Assembly (NCBI GenBank): GCA_965214605.1
Contig: OZ243961.1
Span: 4,248,129-4,312,128 of the forward strand
From: an uncultured Candidatus Binatia bacterium
GTDB lineage: Bacteria; Desulfobacterota; Binatia; Bin18
DNA length: 64,000 bases
Reading direction: 5' to 3'
The position numbers were made by a program, and so were the translations under genes. Below the pieces are notes generated by a model that saw only the letters and a list, made by a program, of their open reading frames with translations, did no database searches and had not been told where the DNA came from. Positions 45,105-55,332 of the stretch are shown here, in pieces; positions within the stretch are counted from its first letter, which is position 1, and each line of letters begins with the position of its first letter.

Positions 45105-45797
45105 TTAGTCCGCCTTTGGCTGAACCGGCGGCGTCGTCTCGCTGAGCTTTGCGGTGACGTCCTCGTCAGACATCCGGTAAATCACTTCCTGGCCCGGCGG
45201 AAAACGCATGGGCGGGTTGTCGGGATCAACCTCTGGATTTTGGACCGTGCCGCCGCGTGACTCGAAGGGCTGGGGATGTTTGTAACGTTCCAGCTCTTGC
45301 GGGCTGATGCCGTTTAAGCTGACGACTTCAGGATCAATCCAGGCTTCTTGATCAATAGCCTCGCCCTCTGAGGTCGAGAACTCCAGCATCAGGCCCTCGG
45401 GGCCGGCGAAGTAGATCGACTTGCAAAAACCATGATCAAGCGGTCCCATCACCCAATGGCCGCGGGCGCGCAGCCGGTCGCGCATGGTGAGCAGTTCTTC
45501 TTCGGTGTCAACGTTGAGAGCTAGGTGCTGCATAGTCCCTGGGGCGACCAGACCAGCCGTCCAACTGGGGTGGGAGACGCCCTCCAAGGGCTGAATCTCG
45601 CCACTCTCCGGGCCCTGCACAAAGGCGATGGAAGAGCTGTCGTTCATTCTCACAAAGCCGTGGTAGGTATTTTTGACGCCGTGCATCCAATACAGAGCGA
45701 CTAGCTCCATGCCGAGCACTTGGGTAAAAAATTCGATCTGGGCCTTCATGTCCTTGGTACAAATGGCCAGATGGTGTACTCCGTTCGGTAAGCCCAT
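45105..45797 (-). CDS. VOC family protein
   Basis: GVHHLA, MQHLA, DHGFCKSIYFAGPEGLMLE. Confidence 0.9.
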   Translation of the reverse strand: MGLPNGVHHLAICTKDMKAQIEFFTQVLGMELVALYWMHGVKNTYHGFVRMNDSSSIAFVQGPESGEIQPLEGVSHPSWTAGLVAPGTMQHLALNVDTEEELLTMRDRLRARGHWVMGPLDHGFCKSIYFAGPEGLMLEFSTSEGEAIDQEAWIDPEVVSLNGISPQELERYKHPQPFESRGGTVQNPEVDPDNPPMRFPPGQEVIYRMSDEDVTAKLSETTPPVQPKAD

Positions 45798-45880
45798 GGA
45801 AATCCCTCCTGTGGTAGCGTTTAGGTGACCCGTTCAATAGGATATGCTTTTCACTCTTGTCAAGCCAACGCGCTCTCAGA

Positions 45881-47335
45881 TCAAGGGCTCAACTCAGCCA
45901 GCAGTTTCTCCACCTGTGACTCAACTACCGTGCCGACGAAAAAGTCGGGGTTGAGGGCGGTCTTGAGTTTGACCGGATTCACAAACACAAAATCCCGAAA
46001 ATTTTCTTCGCTCACGATGCCGTCTTCCACCAGCTGCCAGGCTTCAGCGGCCGCGTTGCGCATGTCCGGCAAATCCCAGTGACCAAGGTCAGAACCGTAG
46101 ACGGTATTGAGCTTGACACCAAAGGCGTTGCGTTGGGTGTCAAACGCCCAGGCGGTTCCCCGGTCGTCTCCCTCGCACCCAAAATAAAAGGGCGACACAA
46201 ACAGGTCGACGATGTCTTCGACCCGCTCAATGCGGCAGGCTGCCCACTCGTCTCGGTCCGCCGGGTCTTCCGGCGTACCCCACAGGAGGTGGGAGCGCTG
46301 ATCGGGGTGCCGGAGTTTGTCGGCCAGGGCCGGACTGCCGTATTCGGTAAACAGCTGGTACATGCGCTGTTCATCTAGATTGGCCGGATCAAAGTTTTCA
46401 ATGAACTTGACATTGTGCTTTTCCCAGTGACCGATGAGCTCTCCGTACAGGCCGCACGCCCAGCCCACCCCGCCTTCGAGAAACGCCCACCGAAGCTGGG
46501 GGAAGCGGCGGGTCACGCCGCCAAAAAACAGCGATTTACACACCGCGTCGGCCGACGCGGCAAAATGGCCCAAATGGTTGTACATGAAGTTTGAGATCGA
46601 TGTCCGGCTACCCCAGCCCGCGCCAATGGAGTGGAACGTCGGCGCCACCTTGAGTTTAAGACACTTGGCCCACACCGGATCGTAATCATACTCGCTGTCA
46701 ATGCCGAACGTGTCGAGCCAGACGGCATAGCGCCCGAGTTCCGGCACATGCCGGGCGGCTGGGATCGGGCGCCGCACATGGGCCGCCAAGAGGGGGACTT
46801 TCATGCCCAAGGCGGCGACCGCATAGTCGAGCTCTTCGATTGCCTCCTGCGGGGTATGCATGGGGATCATGGCGACCGGCGTAAGGCGATCCGCATACTC
46901 GGCAAAGATGTCGGTATGGTAGGTGTTAAACGCTCGGCAGGCGACTCGACGCAGCTCATCATCGCTGGTGTGTAGGACGGCCATGCCGATGCTGGGATAA
47001 ATCACGCTGAAGTCCAGACCTGTTTCGTCTAAGCGGCGGTAGAGCAGCTTGGGCAGCGAACTGGTTGCCCGGTCGAGAGTGTTTTTGGTCGGATGAACCC
47101 ACCAGTGCGGCCGGGGAGCGCGGAGATGGCGGCGCTCCTCGCGGGACAGCGTATACCAGCCGAAATGAAAGGGCACATCGGGCGCTTTCTTAAAGCGCTC
47201 AATAGTCCGGCTGCCGCCAATATCGCGAAGATAGTCAAATACCGCCGGCTCAAACTCTGCCGTATGGCCGTCTGAGTCAATAATCGGGTGGTCTAGGTTG
47301 GCGCGGATGGCGGCCGATTTTGTTGGGCTTGACAT
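45881..47335 (-). CDS. Amidohydrolase_2 family protein
   Basis: DSDGH, FHS, LEGGVGW, GSDLGHWD. Confidence 0.9.
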   Translation of the reverse strand: MSSPTKSAAIRANLDHPIIDSDGHTAEFEPAVFDYLRDIGGSRTIERFKKAPDVPFHFGWYTLSREERRHLRAPRPHWWVHPTKNTLDRATSSLPKLLYRRLDETGLDFSVIYPSIGMAVLHTSDDELRRVACRAFNTYHTDIFAEYADRLTPVAMIPMHTPQEAIEELDYAVAALGMKVPLLAAHVRRPIPAARHVPELGRYAVWLDTFGIDSEYDYDPVWAKCLKLKVAPTFHSIGAGWGSRTSISNFMYNHLGHFAASADAVCKSLFFGGVTRRFPQLRWAFLEGGVGWACGLYGELIGHWEKHNVKFIENFDPANLDEQRMYQLFTEYGSPALADKLRHPDQRSHLLWGTPEDPADRDEWAACRIERVEDIVDLFVSPFYFGCEGDDRGTAWAFDTQRNAFGVKLNTVYGSDLGHWDLPDMRNAAAEAWQLVEDGIVSEENFRDFVFVNPVKLKTALNPDFFVGTVVESQVEKLLAELSP

Positions 47336-47381
47336 AGGGGCTCCTTGTGGAGCTGTTGGATTGCGCCGGCGCCGCTCCGAA

Positions 47382-48293
47382 CTAGCCGCAGGCCGGTCCG
47401 CCGTGCCGGGTGGAACCGTCAGCCGTCTTGTCGAGACTCTCCAGCCAGGCGGTAAGCTGTTGGTCAAACCGTGTCGCCTCTTCAAGTTGTGGAGTGTGAC
47501 CGCTGTGTGCAAAGAGATGATAGGTCAGATTTGGGAGGACCTTTTGCCGCTTCTCCCAGAGGGTATAGGGCACGACATAGTCGTAGCGTCCCAGGCCGAG
47601 AAAAATGGGCATTGTGAGCTCGGGCCCTTGAGCCAGGTCGTAGTCGGCAAACAGAGATCCGAACAGATGGGAGGTGAGTGACATATCCGGCGTCTCCCCA
47701 ATCCACAGCGCGGAACAGTCGTACTCGGGGTCATACCAGTATTTGGGGCCGTTGAGCACATAGGTTCGGATAAAGGCATCGCTGGGGGGAAGGGCATTCA
47801 CCACTTCGGGCGGAGTCGCTTCCCAATTCCGCGCCAGAGCCGCCTTGCGTTCTGGAGAGGCGTCTGTTTGCCAGAATTGCTCTGCCGCCGGTCCAAGTTC
47901 GTTCATCCCAACAGGGGGCGCCGCCAGTACGCCGAGACCCGCGATATGCTGCGGATAACGCCGGGCGTATTCCACAACAAGGAGGCCGTGAATAGAGTGA
48001 CCGATGACAGGGACGTTGTCTAAACCGAGCACTTGGCGAGCCCCCTCAATATCATCAGCATAGGTGGAGAGGGTGACGCGATCGGAGACCTGGGACGGAT
48101 CAACGTGGGCAAAATGGCGCGCCTCAACAAAGTGAAGTTCGCAATGTTCGCGGAGCTGCCGGGAGAAGGTCCGTGGATAATAGGCGGCCGAGCCGATCAC
48201 CAAACAGGGCGTCCCACTGCCCTGTACAACATAGCGGAGACGGGCGCCCTCAACGCTGATTGTGCCCTGTTTGGGCCGCGACGAGTCACGCAT
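47382..48293 (-). CDS. Alpha/beta hydrolase
   Basis: GHSIHG nucleophile elbow, GRYD, SGHTP. Confidence 0.9.
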   Translation of the reverse strand: MRDSSRPKQGTISVEGARLRYVVQGSGTPCLVIGSAAYYPRTFSRQLREHCELHFVEARHFAHVDPSQVSDRVTLSTYADDIEGARQVLGLDNVPVIGHSIHGLLVVEYARRYPQHIAGLGVLAAPPVGMNELGPAAEQFWQTDASPERKAALARNWEATPPEVVNALPPSDAFIRTYVLNGPKYWYDPEYDCSALWIGETPDMSLTSHLFGSLFADYDLAQGPELTMPIFLGLGRYDYVVPYTLWEKRQKVLPNLTYHLFAHSGHTPQLEEATRFDQQLTAWLESLDKTADGSTRHGGPACG

Positions 48294-48458
48294 GATCTTT
48301 TTCCTCCTGAGCCAACAGGATAACAGCTTCTCGGAAAAAAAGAACGGACTCTCTCATCCACGTGTCTCGCCCACAAGGCTCTCTCGGACCGGGCACCGCC
48401 CGGTTTCTCTTCCCGGTGGTCTAATGCTAAGACGGACGACAAAAAAATGGAGGAGCCC

Positions 48459-49511
48459 ATGAAGTTCGGTATGCTGAGTTTGCTGGATTATTATCCAGAG
48501 GACAAATCTGAAGAGCAGTACTACAAAGACTTTTTTACTGAGGTTGATTTGGCCGAAGAGCTGGGCTTTGACGCAATCTGGATCGGCGAGCATCACTTCT
48601 GTAACTATTTGTGTCCCTCGCCGCAGATAGTGGCCACGGCCATTGCCCAGCGGACTCAAAAGATGCGAATCGGAACCGCGGTGACCCTGTTACCCCACCA
48701 CGACCCGATCCGTCTGGCCGAGGACTACGCCATGCTTGATCTACTCAGCGGCGGGCGGCTCGATTTCGGCGTCGGGCGGGGGTTTATCAAGTTGATCTAC
48801 GACGGTTTTAATCAGTCGATGGACGAGAGCCGGGGGCGCTTTCGTGAGGCCTTGGAGGTCATTGAGCAGGCCTGGAGCAAAGAGACGTTTTCCTACCAGG
48901 GACAGTTCTACACCGCCAGTGAGGTCAGGCTGCTGCCGCGTCCGCTGCAAAAGCCGATGCCACCCATCTATATGGCCGCGGCGGCAAGTCAGGCATCTTT
49001 CGTCGCTGCCGGGCAGAAGGGCCACTCGCTGCTCCTGGCCTTATTTACCATGCCGATCAGCGCGTTTAAAGAAAACGTGCAGCTCTACCGTGAGACGCTG
49101 CACCAGGCTGGGCATGATGGTCAAAATCTCGAGGTTGCCGGAGCCTATCACTGCTTTGTTGACGACACGTCTGAAAAGGCCCGCCACAAGTGGGAGCGAC
49201 ACTATATGCGCTACTTGCATTTTGTTGGGCCGCTGATCGGGCCGCCGGAAAAGATTCCAGGCAGACAGTACGACGCGTGGAAGAAACTGGGCGAAAACCT
49301 ACGCCACGTCACCTTTGATCAGATGTATCCTGACCTGGTGATGTGTGGGGAGCCGTCTCAGTGCGTTGACCGGATCGGCATGCTGCAAGAGGAGCTGGGG
49401 CTGAACAATCTCCTGCTGTATATGGACCTGGGGGGCTTGGATCAGAAAGCACTCATGGGCTCAATGGAGCGCTTTGCCACCAAAGTCGTGCCTCATTTTC
49501 AGGAGGGCTGA
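48459..49511 (+). CDS. LLM-class flavin-dependent oxidoreductase
   Basis: WIGEHHF, PIRLAED, FGVGRG. Confidence 0.93.
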   Translation: MKFGMLSLLDYYPEDKSEEQYYKDFFTEVDLAEELGFDAIWIGEHHFCNYLCPSPQIVATAIAQRTQKMRIGTAVTLLPHHDPIRLAEDYAMLDLLSGGRLDFGVGRGFIKLIYDGFNQSMDESRGRFREALEVIEQAWSKETFSYQGQFYTASEVRLLPRPLQKPMPPIYMAAAASQASFVAAGQKGHSLLLALFTMPISAFKENVQLYRETLHQAGHDGQNLEVAGAYHCFVDDTSEKARHKWERHYMRYLHFVGPLIGPPEKIPGRQYDAWKKLGENLRHVTFDQMYPDLVMCGEPSQCVDRIGMLQEELGLNNLLLYMDLGGLDQKALMGSMERFATKVVPHFQEG

Positions 49512-49635
49512 GTCGCTGTGAGGGCAGGGAGCACGGGCTCGAAGCACGGGCTCCCTGGGGGTTACTCGGGAAAAAGCCGGAGCCGGTACTCCCCCATTGC
49601 CGCTAGGCAGGCATCTCCCGAACCAGAGACGGGCC

Positions 49636-50169
49636 TCACTGCGCTTCCACCTTGGCCACGAGTTGTTTGCCCCAGGATTCTATCTTGTCTCGGACCGGTC
49701 CATCGGACAAAAAACGTTTCGCCCCTTCAAGGAGTTCTTGTTGATGTTTCGGAATAGAGAGTGAGCGGTCCATATGGCGGGCCATGAGTTTGACAGCCGC
49801 CCGCCCCATGAGCACCAGGTCACGGTAAATGGTATTCAGCTCGGACTGCTCCAAACTCAGCGCGATGGCAAAAGCCTGATCCTGTTTTGCACCCTGTTGG
49901 GCCTGCTCTTCGGCTCGGCGGAGTTCTTGGTCCATCTCGGTCAGCTTGGCTTCAAACTCCGGCATAAAATATCCAGGATCAGAATCGACCTCTAGAGCCG
50001 CCTTTTCGGCTTCAAGAACTTTGGCATGGTGCTTCTCCTCTGCCGCCATTCCGAGCCAGTAGCTTTTCAGCTCTCGATCCTCGGGCTCATTGTGGGCAAA
50101 CTCGGTATAGATAGCGGCCACTCTTTGTTCGAGCTGACCGCATCGTTTTAGCACTTCTGTCATGAACAT
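49636..50169 (-). CDS. Ferritin/rubrerythrin-like protein
   Basis: LEQRVAAIY..MAAEEKHH..LEQSE..H di-iron-type pattern. Confidence 0.7.
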   Translation of the reverse strand: MFMTEVLKRCGQLEQRVAAIYTEFAHNEPEDRELKSYWLGMAAEEKHHAKVLEAEKAALEVDSDPGYFMPEFEAKLTEMDQELRRAEEQAQQGAKQDQAFAIALSLEQSELNTIYRDLVLMGRAAVKLMARHMDRSLSIPKHQQELLEGAKRFLSDGPVRDKIESWGKQLVAKVEAQ

Positions 50170-50254
50170 TCCGGCTCCTCCTTCTCTTTTGGTACATTAT
50201 TGATTCCAGCCAGAGCCTGAGATTCATGCTAGGTGGTCTCTCGCGCGTCATGAA

Positions 50255-51350
50255 TCAGGCTGAGGCCTGTAAAAGTTCGTCTATGCTTGCTTCGGGTTTG
50301 CTCGGCTCACCGCTGACGTGCGGGTGGGTGTAATGCCCAGCAAAGAGATATGTCCCCCGCCGGAGCGCGGTGCTCGTCCGTAGTGCTCCTGGTATCCCAC
50401 ACCGCTCGATGAGGTGGAGGTAGGGCGGGAGAGCTTGGGTATGGGCATGGGTCGCCGTCCGAGGGACTCGTGAGGGGACGTTTGGGAGCGCGTAGTGGAG
50501 GACTCCTGCCTGTGTAAACAGGCCGTCTTTGGAGCACGCGCGTCGTGGTGCTTCAACGCATCCCCCTTCGTTAACCGCAAAGTCAAGAATAACCGCGCCA
50601 GGCTTCATCTGCTTGAGGAGCGCTTTGTTCACCAGCCGCGGAACGGAGCCATCCGGTCGTCGGACTGCTCCAATGAAGACTTGGGCAAAGGTGACAAACT
50701 TTTCAATATTGAAACAACCGGCCGGCGCCATGAGCACTCTTCCTCCAAAGCGATGTTCAATAGTCTCGAGCTGGGTACGGGTTGGCATCAAGGACGTATA
50801 CGCCGGCTTCGGTCCCAAGAAAAGCAGTCGCCGGCACCGAGAAGAACCACATTGGCCGGGGGAGTTCCCGGCAAACCAGATAACAAACGTGCTCGCTTTC
50901 GAGTAACCGCCCGGCAAGCTGCGGAGCCGGCCGCCCGGCAAGCTGACTCGTCGCTCTTTGGAGCGGAAAAACTCCGTTATCTTCACAGATGGCGTCAAGT
51001 CCCAGAACTGCAGGATGACGTCGACATAGGGCGCGTGGGAGCCACCGTGCAGTGCCGTGAAGATGGATAAAGGAGATAACGGTCGCATCTTCCGCCAGCC
51101 ACAGAAAGTCAGCGTCATGGGGCCGTTCTACGCGCGGCCACACATCGGACCGCCCATACACTTCTCGGATATCGTAGACAATTTGTGCGCCTTCCTCAGA
51201 GGGAAAGCCGGCTCGGCAGCCTACCTTCTGTTGCACGAGCACTTCTGCTCCAGCTCTGCATAATTCCTGTATCCCGGCCGGGGAGAGCGCTACACGTCGT
51301 TCTCCGACTCCTTCACTGAGGTCTGTTTCAATGGGAATACCAAACCGCAT
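50255..51350 (-). pseudogene. ald: Alanine dehydrogenase, frameshifted and internally deleted
   Basis: ERRVALSP..SFIHL; other frame FIGAV..MKPGAVILD..EGGCVE..YALPNVPSRVPRTAT. Confidence 0.8.
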
Positions 51351-51421
51351 AGTCGGTCTCTAGCCTCCCGCAAGAGAGTGCAACATGCCTCTTGTCCTCT
51401 GCCTCAACAGTCTTACTCCTG

Positions 51422-51437
51422 CGCAAGACTTATACCA
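51422..51437 (-). promoter_or_regulatory. sigma54 -24/-12 promoter for ald
   Basis: TGGTATAAGTCTTGCG (GG-N10-GC). Confidence 0.7.
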
Positions 51438-51523
51438 AGCGGGAAGTTCCGAATAGATGCAGGATTGAAAACCGGGCGGGGGAAGGGGAGGAGGGGGCCT
51501 CTCTTCCAAAGGACGTCCAGGGC

Positions 51524-52885
51524 TTAGTCCGTGGCTGGGAGGGCGAGGCCGCCCAGCTTGCGATACAATGAGGACAGGCTCACCCCCAGAAGTTCTGCCG
51601 CGCCTCTCTTATTCCCGCCCATCTTTCTGAGAACATTTTCAATATGATTCCGTTCATAGATCCGCATGGCTTCTTTGAGATTATCGCCTGTCTGCACCAG
51701 CGGTATTCCTTCAGCCCCCTCATCGGCAGGTGGAAGGTCGGCCGGTGTGATCCACTCTCCGTCTCCAAGAATCATCGCCCGTTCCAAGACATTATCCAAT
51801 TCCCGTACATTTCCTTTCCAGGGTAATGACATCAGCAGCCTCATGGCTGAATTTCCCACCCCTTTGTAGGTTTTCTTCATCTCCCGGTTATGCCGCTGAA
51901 CAAAATAGTCGACTAGGGGGGGAATGTCTTCACGGCGGTTGCGTAGCGGGGAGAGGGAGAGACTGATGACATGCAGACGGTAGTACAGGTCTTCACGAAA
52001 CTGTCCGCGCTCAACTTCTTGCTTGAGCTCTCGATTAGTCGCAGCCAAAAGACGGACATCGACCTTGCTAGGTGTGGTTGCGCCAAGCGGTAAGACCTCT
52101 TTCTCTTCGACCACACGCAGCAGCTTGGTTTGCAGAGAGAGCGGGAGCTCACCAATTTCGTCCAAGAAAATCGTGCCTCCCCGAGCTCGCTGAAACAGCC
52201 CTTCCCGGGCTCCGGCCGCGCCCGTAAAGGCGCCTTTGGTATGGCCGAAGAGCTGGCTTTCCAGCAAGGTGTCCGGAATGGCGCTGCAATTGATGGGCAA
52301 AAACACATGTTCTTTGCGGTCGCTCTGGGCATGGAGCAAACGCGCCACGACTTCTTTGCCGGTCCCACTCTCGCCGGTGATAAGCACCGTGGCGTTCGTC
52401 GGAGCCACTTTTTTGATCAGCCTAACGACTTCCTGCCTAGCCGGGCTGCACCCGACCAAGCGATCGAACTGCGCCTCTTGATTTGCCTCTCGCCGCAACA
52501 ACTGTAGCTCCCAGGCTTGTTGCTTATGGGCGAGGAGACGGGCGATTTTATGCAGCAGATCCTCAAACAGCAGGGGTTTGAGGAGATAGTCCTGAGCGCC
52601 CCAGCGCAGGGCTTCGACCGCGGTTTCGACCGAGCCATATGCCGTCATCAGCAGCACCAGGGTCTGGGACGAACGTTCGCGGACCTGCTTGAGGACGGCC
52701 AGGCCATCGGCACCCGGCATCTTGAGATCGCACAGGATCAGGTCGATATCCCGCTCGTCGACAACTTGCAGGGCGGCTTGCCCATTGGCGGCTTCGTAGA
52801 CCTGATAGCCCTCCTCTTGGAGGACTTCGACCATGCTGTGGCGCGCGACAGCTTCATCCTCCGCAACCAAGATAGTTCCTCTCAT
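51524..52885 (-). CDS. sigma54-dependent response regulator (REC-AAA+-HTH; NtrC/AtoC family)
   Basis: DLKMP, GESGTGKE, GAFTGA, FLDEIG, FREDLYYRL, Fis-type HTH. Confidence 0.95.
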   Translation of the reverse strand: MRGTILVAEDEAVARHSMVEVLQEEGYQVYEAANGQAALQVVDERDIDLILCDLKMPGADGLAVLKQVRERSSQTLVLLMTAYGSVETAVEALRWGAQDYLLKPLLFEDLLHKIARLLAHKQQAWELQLLRREANQEAQFDRLVGCSPARQEVVRLIKKVAPTNATVLITGESGTGKEVVARLLHAQSDRKEHVFLPINCSAIPDTLLESQLFGHTKGAFTGAAGAREGLFQRARGGTIFLDEIGELPLSLQTKLLRVVEEKEVLPLGATTPSKVDVRLLAATNRELKQEVERGQFREDLYYRLHVISLSLSPLRNRREDIPPLVDYFVQRHNREMKKTYKGVGNSAMRLLMSLPWKGNVRELDNVLERAMILGDGEWITPADLPPADEGAEGIPLVQTGDNLKEAMRIYERNHIENVLRKMGGNKRGAAELLGVSLSSLYRKLGGLALPATD

Positions 52886-52911
52886 ACCTTACTCCCTCAC
52901 TGAACAGTCTC

Positions 52912-54519
52912 TCAGGCAAGCAGAGTCACAATCTCCATGAGTCTGTCCTGTACTCTCTCCTGTGTATCAATAACAAAGTGGGAGGAATCGGGGAGATCGT
53001 CAAAAGGTGGAAAAACATCCCAGGCCCGTTGAGCTATGGCCCAGGTGGCGTCCGACACCACGTCCGACTGTTGTTCGCGTTCCTGCAGCCGGCGTTTTAC
53101 TTCAGCCGGGCCGGCTTGACATTCCAGGAAGACCACGGGCACCTGCAGCCGACTGCCGAGTTCGAGGAAGGCCTGGCGGTCGGCCCGATTTTGGCACGTC
53201 GCGTCGATAATCACTCCGCGCCCGGCCTGCAGCTGCTCTTTGGCGTGGGTCCGCAGCCGGGCATAGGTCCGCCGGCTCACCTCCTCAGTGTATATCCCGC
53301 TCCCGTAGGGGGCAGTCCTCCGGTGGGTGGGGGTGATGCCGACCAAGCGTTTGCGGATCAGATCGGAACTGAACACCACAAAGCCGGTGTGGTCGCTCAG
53401 GAGCCGCGCGACGGTCGATTTGCCCGTGCCAATCCGGCCACACACAACCAGGAGGGCAGGAGCCTGTTTTCCACGGGCATAGCGGGCGGCTAGGCGGAAG
53501 GCATGCTGGGCGTGAAGACGGGCTTGGCGTTGTTCGGACGCTGACGCTTCCGGCGCCTGGCTTTTGAGACTCGCCACCTTACCACGGATATAGGCGCGAT
53601 AGCACTGATAGAAGGGCAATAAATCGAGCAGGGCCTCGTCATGGGTCTGGGCGCAATAGCTCTGGACCAGCTCTGAGGCGAGGGCTGGGGCACCGTGCAG
53701 CTCTAAGTCCATCACCAGAAAGGCGAGATCCGAGGCCACGTCACAGGTGCGCAGACGCGGACTAAATTCAATACAGTCGACTATGACGATCCCCTCATCA
53801 AGCAGATACACGTGGTCACAGCGTAAGTCGCCATGGCCGTCCCGCACTCGGCCAGTGCGGGCGCGTTCGTCGAAGAGCGTCCGATGAGTCGCGAGGAAGT
53901 CCCGGCTAAACGTTTGAATAACCCTCAACTGTTTGTCACTGAGCGTTTGACCGATAAATGGGCGGGTGTCGTCGAAATTCTCCGTCAGCGCCTGCTCAAT
54001 GACCTCGGGTGTCCCATACTGAGCGGCCAAATCGGGAGCAGCCGCCGCGTGAAAAGAAGACAGCCGCTCAGCCACGGCGCGTATGCTCGCCGGCGTCACG
54101 TTGTCGGCCGCCACTAAAGCCCCGAGCCTGCGCTCAGCGGGCAACCGGCGCATCTTGACCAAGTAGTCGACCACCATAGTATCCGCCGGGGGGAGCCCAG
54201 GCGGGAGAGCCTCAACCCAGTATCGGCCCTCCTGCCGCCACACGGGTACGGCTCCGAGATAGACGCTCGGAGCTAGGCGACGGTTGAGACGGACCTCTTC
54301 TTGGCAGTAGTGCCGTCGCAGCGCCAGTGTCGAGTAGTCCAGGAACGAGAAACGAACCGGTTTCTTGAGCTTATAGACGAGGTCGTCCGCCATAAAAACC
54401 GTGGAAATGTGGGTCTGAATTTGCTCAATGTGAGGCGGGCGAGGGGTGTAGCACGCAGGCTGGGCCAGCGCCTGTACGAGGCTGGCGTGCGAATCAGACT
54501 GTTGCGCGGGAGAAGACAT
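52912..54519 (-). CDS. Aminoglycoside-phosphotransferase-like + AAA kinase protein (Rv2004c-like)
   Basis: THIS, YKLKKPV, EVRLNRRLAP, HGDLR, DCIEF, GRIGTGKST, SDA. Confidence 0.9.
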   Translation of the reverse strand: MSSPAQQSDSHASLVQALAQPACYTPRPPHIEQIQTHISTVFMADDLVYKLKKPVRFSFLDYSTLALRRHYCQEEVRLNRRLAPSVYLGAVPVWRQEGRYWVEALPPGLPPADTMVVDYLVKMRRLPAERRLGALVAADNVTPASIRAVAERLSSFHAAAAPDLAAQYGTPEVIEQALTENFDDTRPFIGQTLSDKQLRVIQTFSRDFLATHRTLFDERARTGRVRDGHGDLRCDHVYLLDEGIVIVDCIEFSPRLRTCDVASDLAFLVMDLELHGAPALASELVQSYCAQTHDEALLDLLPFYQCYRAYIRGKVASLKSQAPEASASEQRQARLHAQHAFRLAARYARGKQAPALLVVCGRIGTGKSTVARLLSDHTGFVVFSSDLIRKRLVGITPTHRRTAPYGSGIYTEEVSRRTYARLRTHAKEQLQAGRGVIIDATCQNRADRQAFLELGSRLQVPVVFLECQAGPAEVKRRLQEREQQSDVVSDATWAIAQRAWDVFPPFDDLPDSSHFVIDTQERVQDRLMEIVTLLA

Positions 54520-54541
54520 CGCTGCGCTCCTCATTAGCGGA

Positions 54542-55144
54542 TTAGCGATGCACGCCAAGGACGGTGTAGCCCTTCGCGCGTAAGGCCGTACAGACGGCGT
54601 TCTCCTCAACTCCGCAACAGCGCAGGTAGAAGACGTCTCGCTCGCCTCTGGATTCCCGATAGATACCCACTCCCCGCACTGTCCCGCCCAGGTCGCCAAC
54701 GACGGCGGTGGCCGCGGTCAGGTTGAGGGAACTCCCCTCTTCCCCTAGGTCAATTCTCACACTCTTGTCGGTGGCCGCCCCCAAAACCTCCCGGAACGCC
54801 TGCAGGACATCGCTTGTTGTGATGATGCCTACCAGCTGTCCCGCTTCCACCACGGGCAGGCCGCCTATCTGCTTGGAGAGCATCACGTGGGCGGCTTCCT
54901 CGACCGGGGTCTCGGGGGAAACGGTAAGAGCAGGAGCGGTCATGGCCATATTGACCCGGGTCTGGGTCTCAATCCCCACATGGCGCCGGATATCCCGGTC
55001 CGTTACAATCCCCACCAGCTGGCCGGCCTCTTCGACGGGCAGACGCCGAAAGCGGCCGGCCTGCATTTTGGCTTGAGCGGTCGCCAAGGTGTCGTGGGGG
55101 GTGATTGTGATCGGGCGCTGACTCATGCAATGACGGATCAACAT
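54542..55144 (-). CDS. CBS-pair + ACT-like protein (AcuB type)
   Basis: RRLPV..LVGIVTDRD; GGLPVV..LVGIITTSD. Confidence 0.9.
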   Translation of the reverse strand: MLIRHCMSQRPITITPHDTLATAQAKMQAGRFRRLPVEEAGQLVGIVTDRDIRRHVGIETQTRVNMAMTAPALTVSPETPVEEAAHVMLSKQIGGLPVVEAGQLVGIITTSDVLQAFREVLGAATDKSVRIDLGEEGSSLNLTAATAVVGDLGGTVRGVGIYRESRGERDVFYLRCCGVEENAVCTALRAKGYTVLGVHR

Positions 55145-55181
55145 ACGCTTCTCCTCATCGGGGGGCTGTCTCAGTTGATCT

Positions 55182-55197
55182 AGCATGAGCCGTGCCG
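55182..55197 (-). promoter_or_regulatory. sigma54 promoter for the CBS-kinase-regulator operon
   Basis: CGGCACGGCTCATGCT (GG-N10-GC). Confidence 0.75.
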
Positions 55198-55238
55198 GAG
55201 CCGCTGAATCCTGCAGGGCCTGAAAAATCTCGTTATTT

Positions 55239-55283
55239 TTCTTAGCTATGAAAAAATGCGGCCGTTTTTCTCAAAAATAGGAA
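55239..55283. promoter_or_regulatory. Tandem palindromic enhancer-like sites (TTCYYA-N4-TRRGAA)
   Basis: TTCTTA-GCTA-TGAAAA (55239-54) and TTCTCA-AAAA-TAGGAA (55268-83). Confidence 0.55.
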
Positions 55284-55332
55284 AGAGCCTAGACAAAAGA
55301 CGGACTATTGGTCAAGCTCCTTGTTGCTGCCG

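Noticed and set aside
49530-49555. AGCACGGGCTC tandem repeat
   Set aside because: Short slippage-type duplication with no spacer-sized insert.
50907-50945. 15-bp direct repeat in ald
   Set aside because: It encodes QLAGR twice, matching the natural AlaDH sequence pattern; not an insertion scar.
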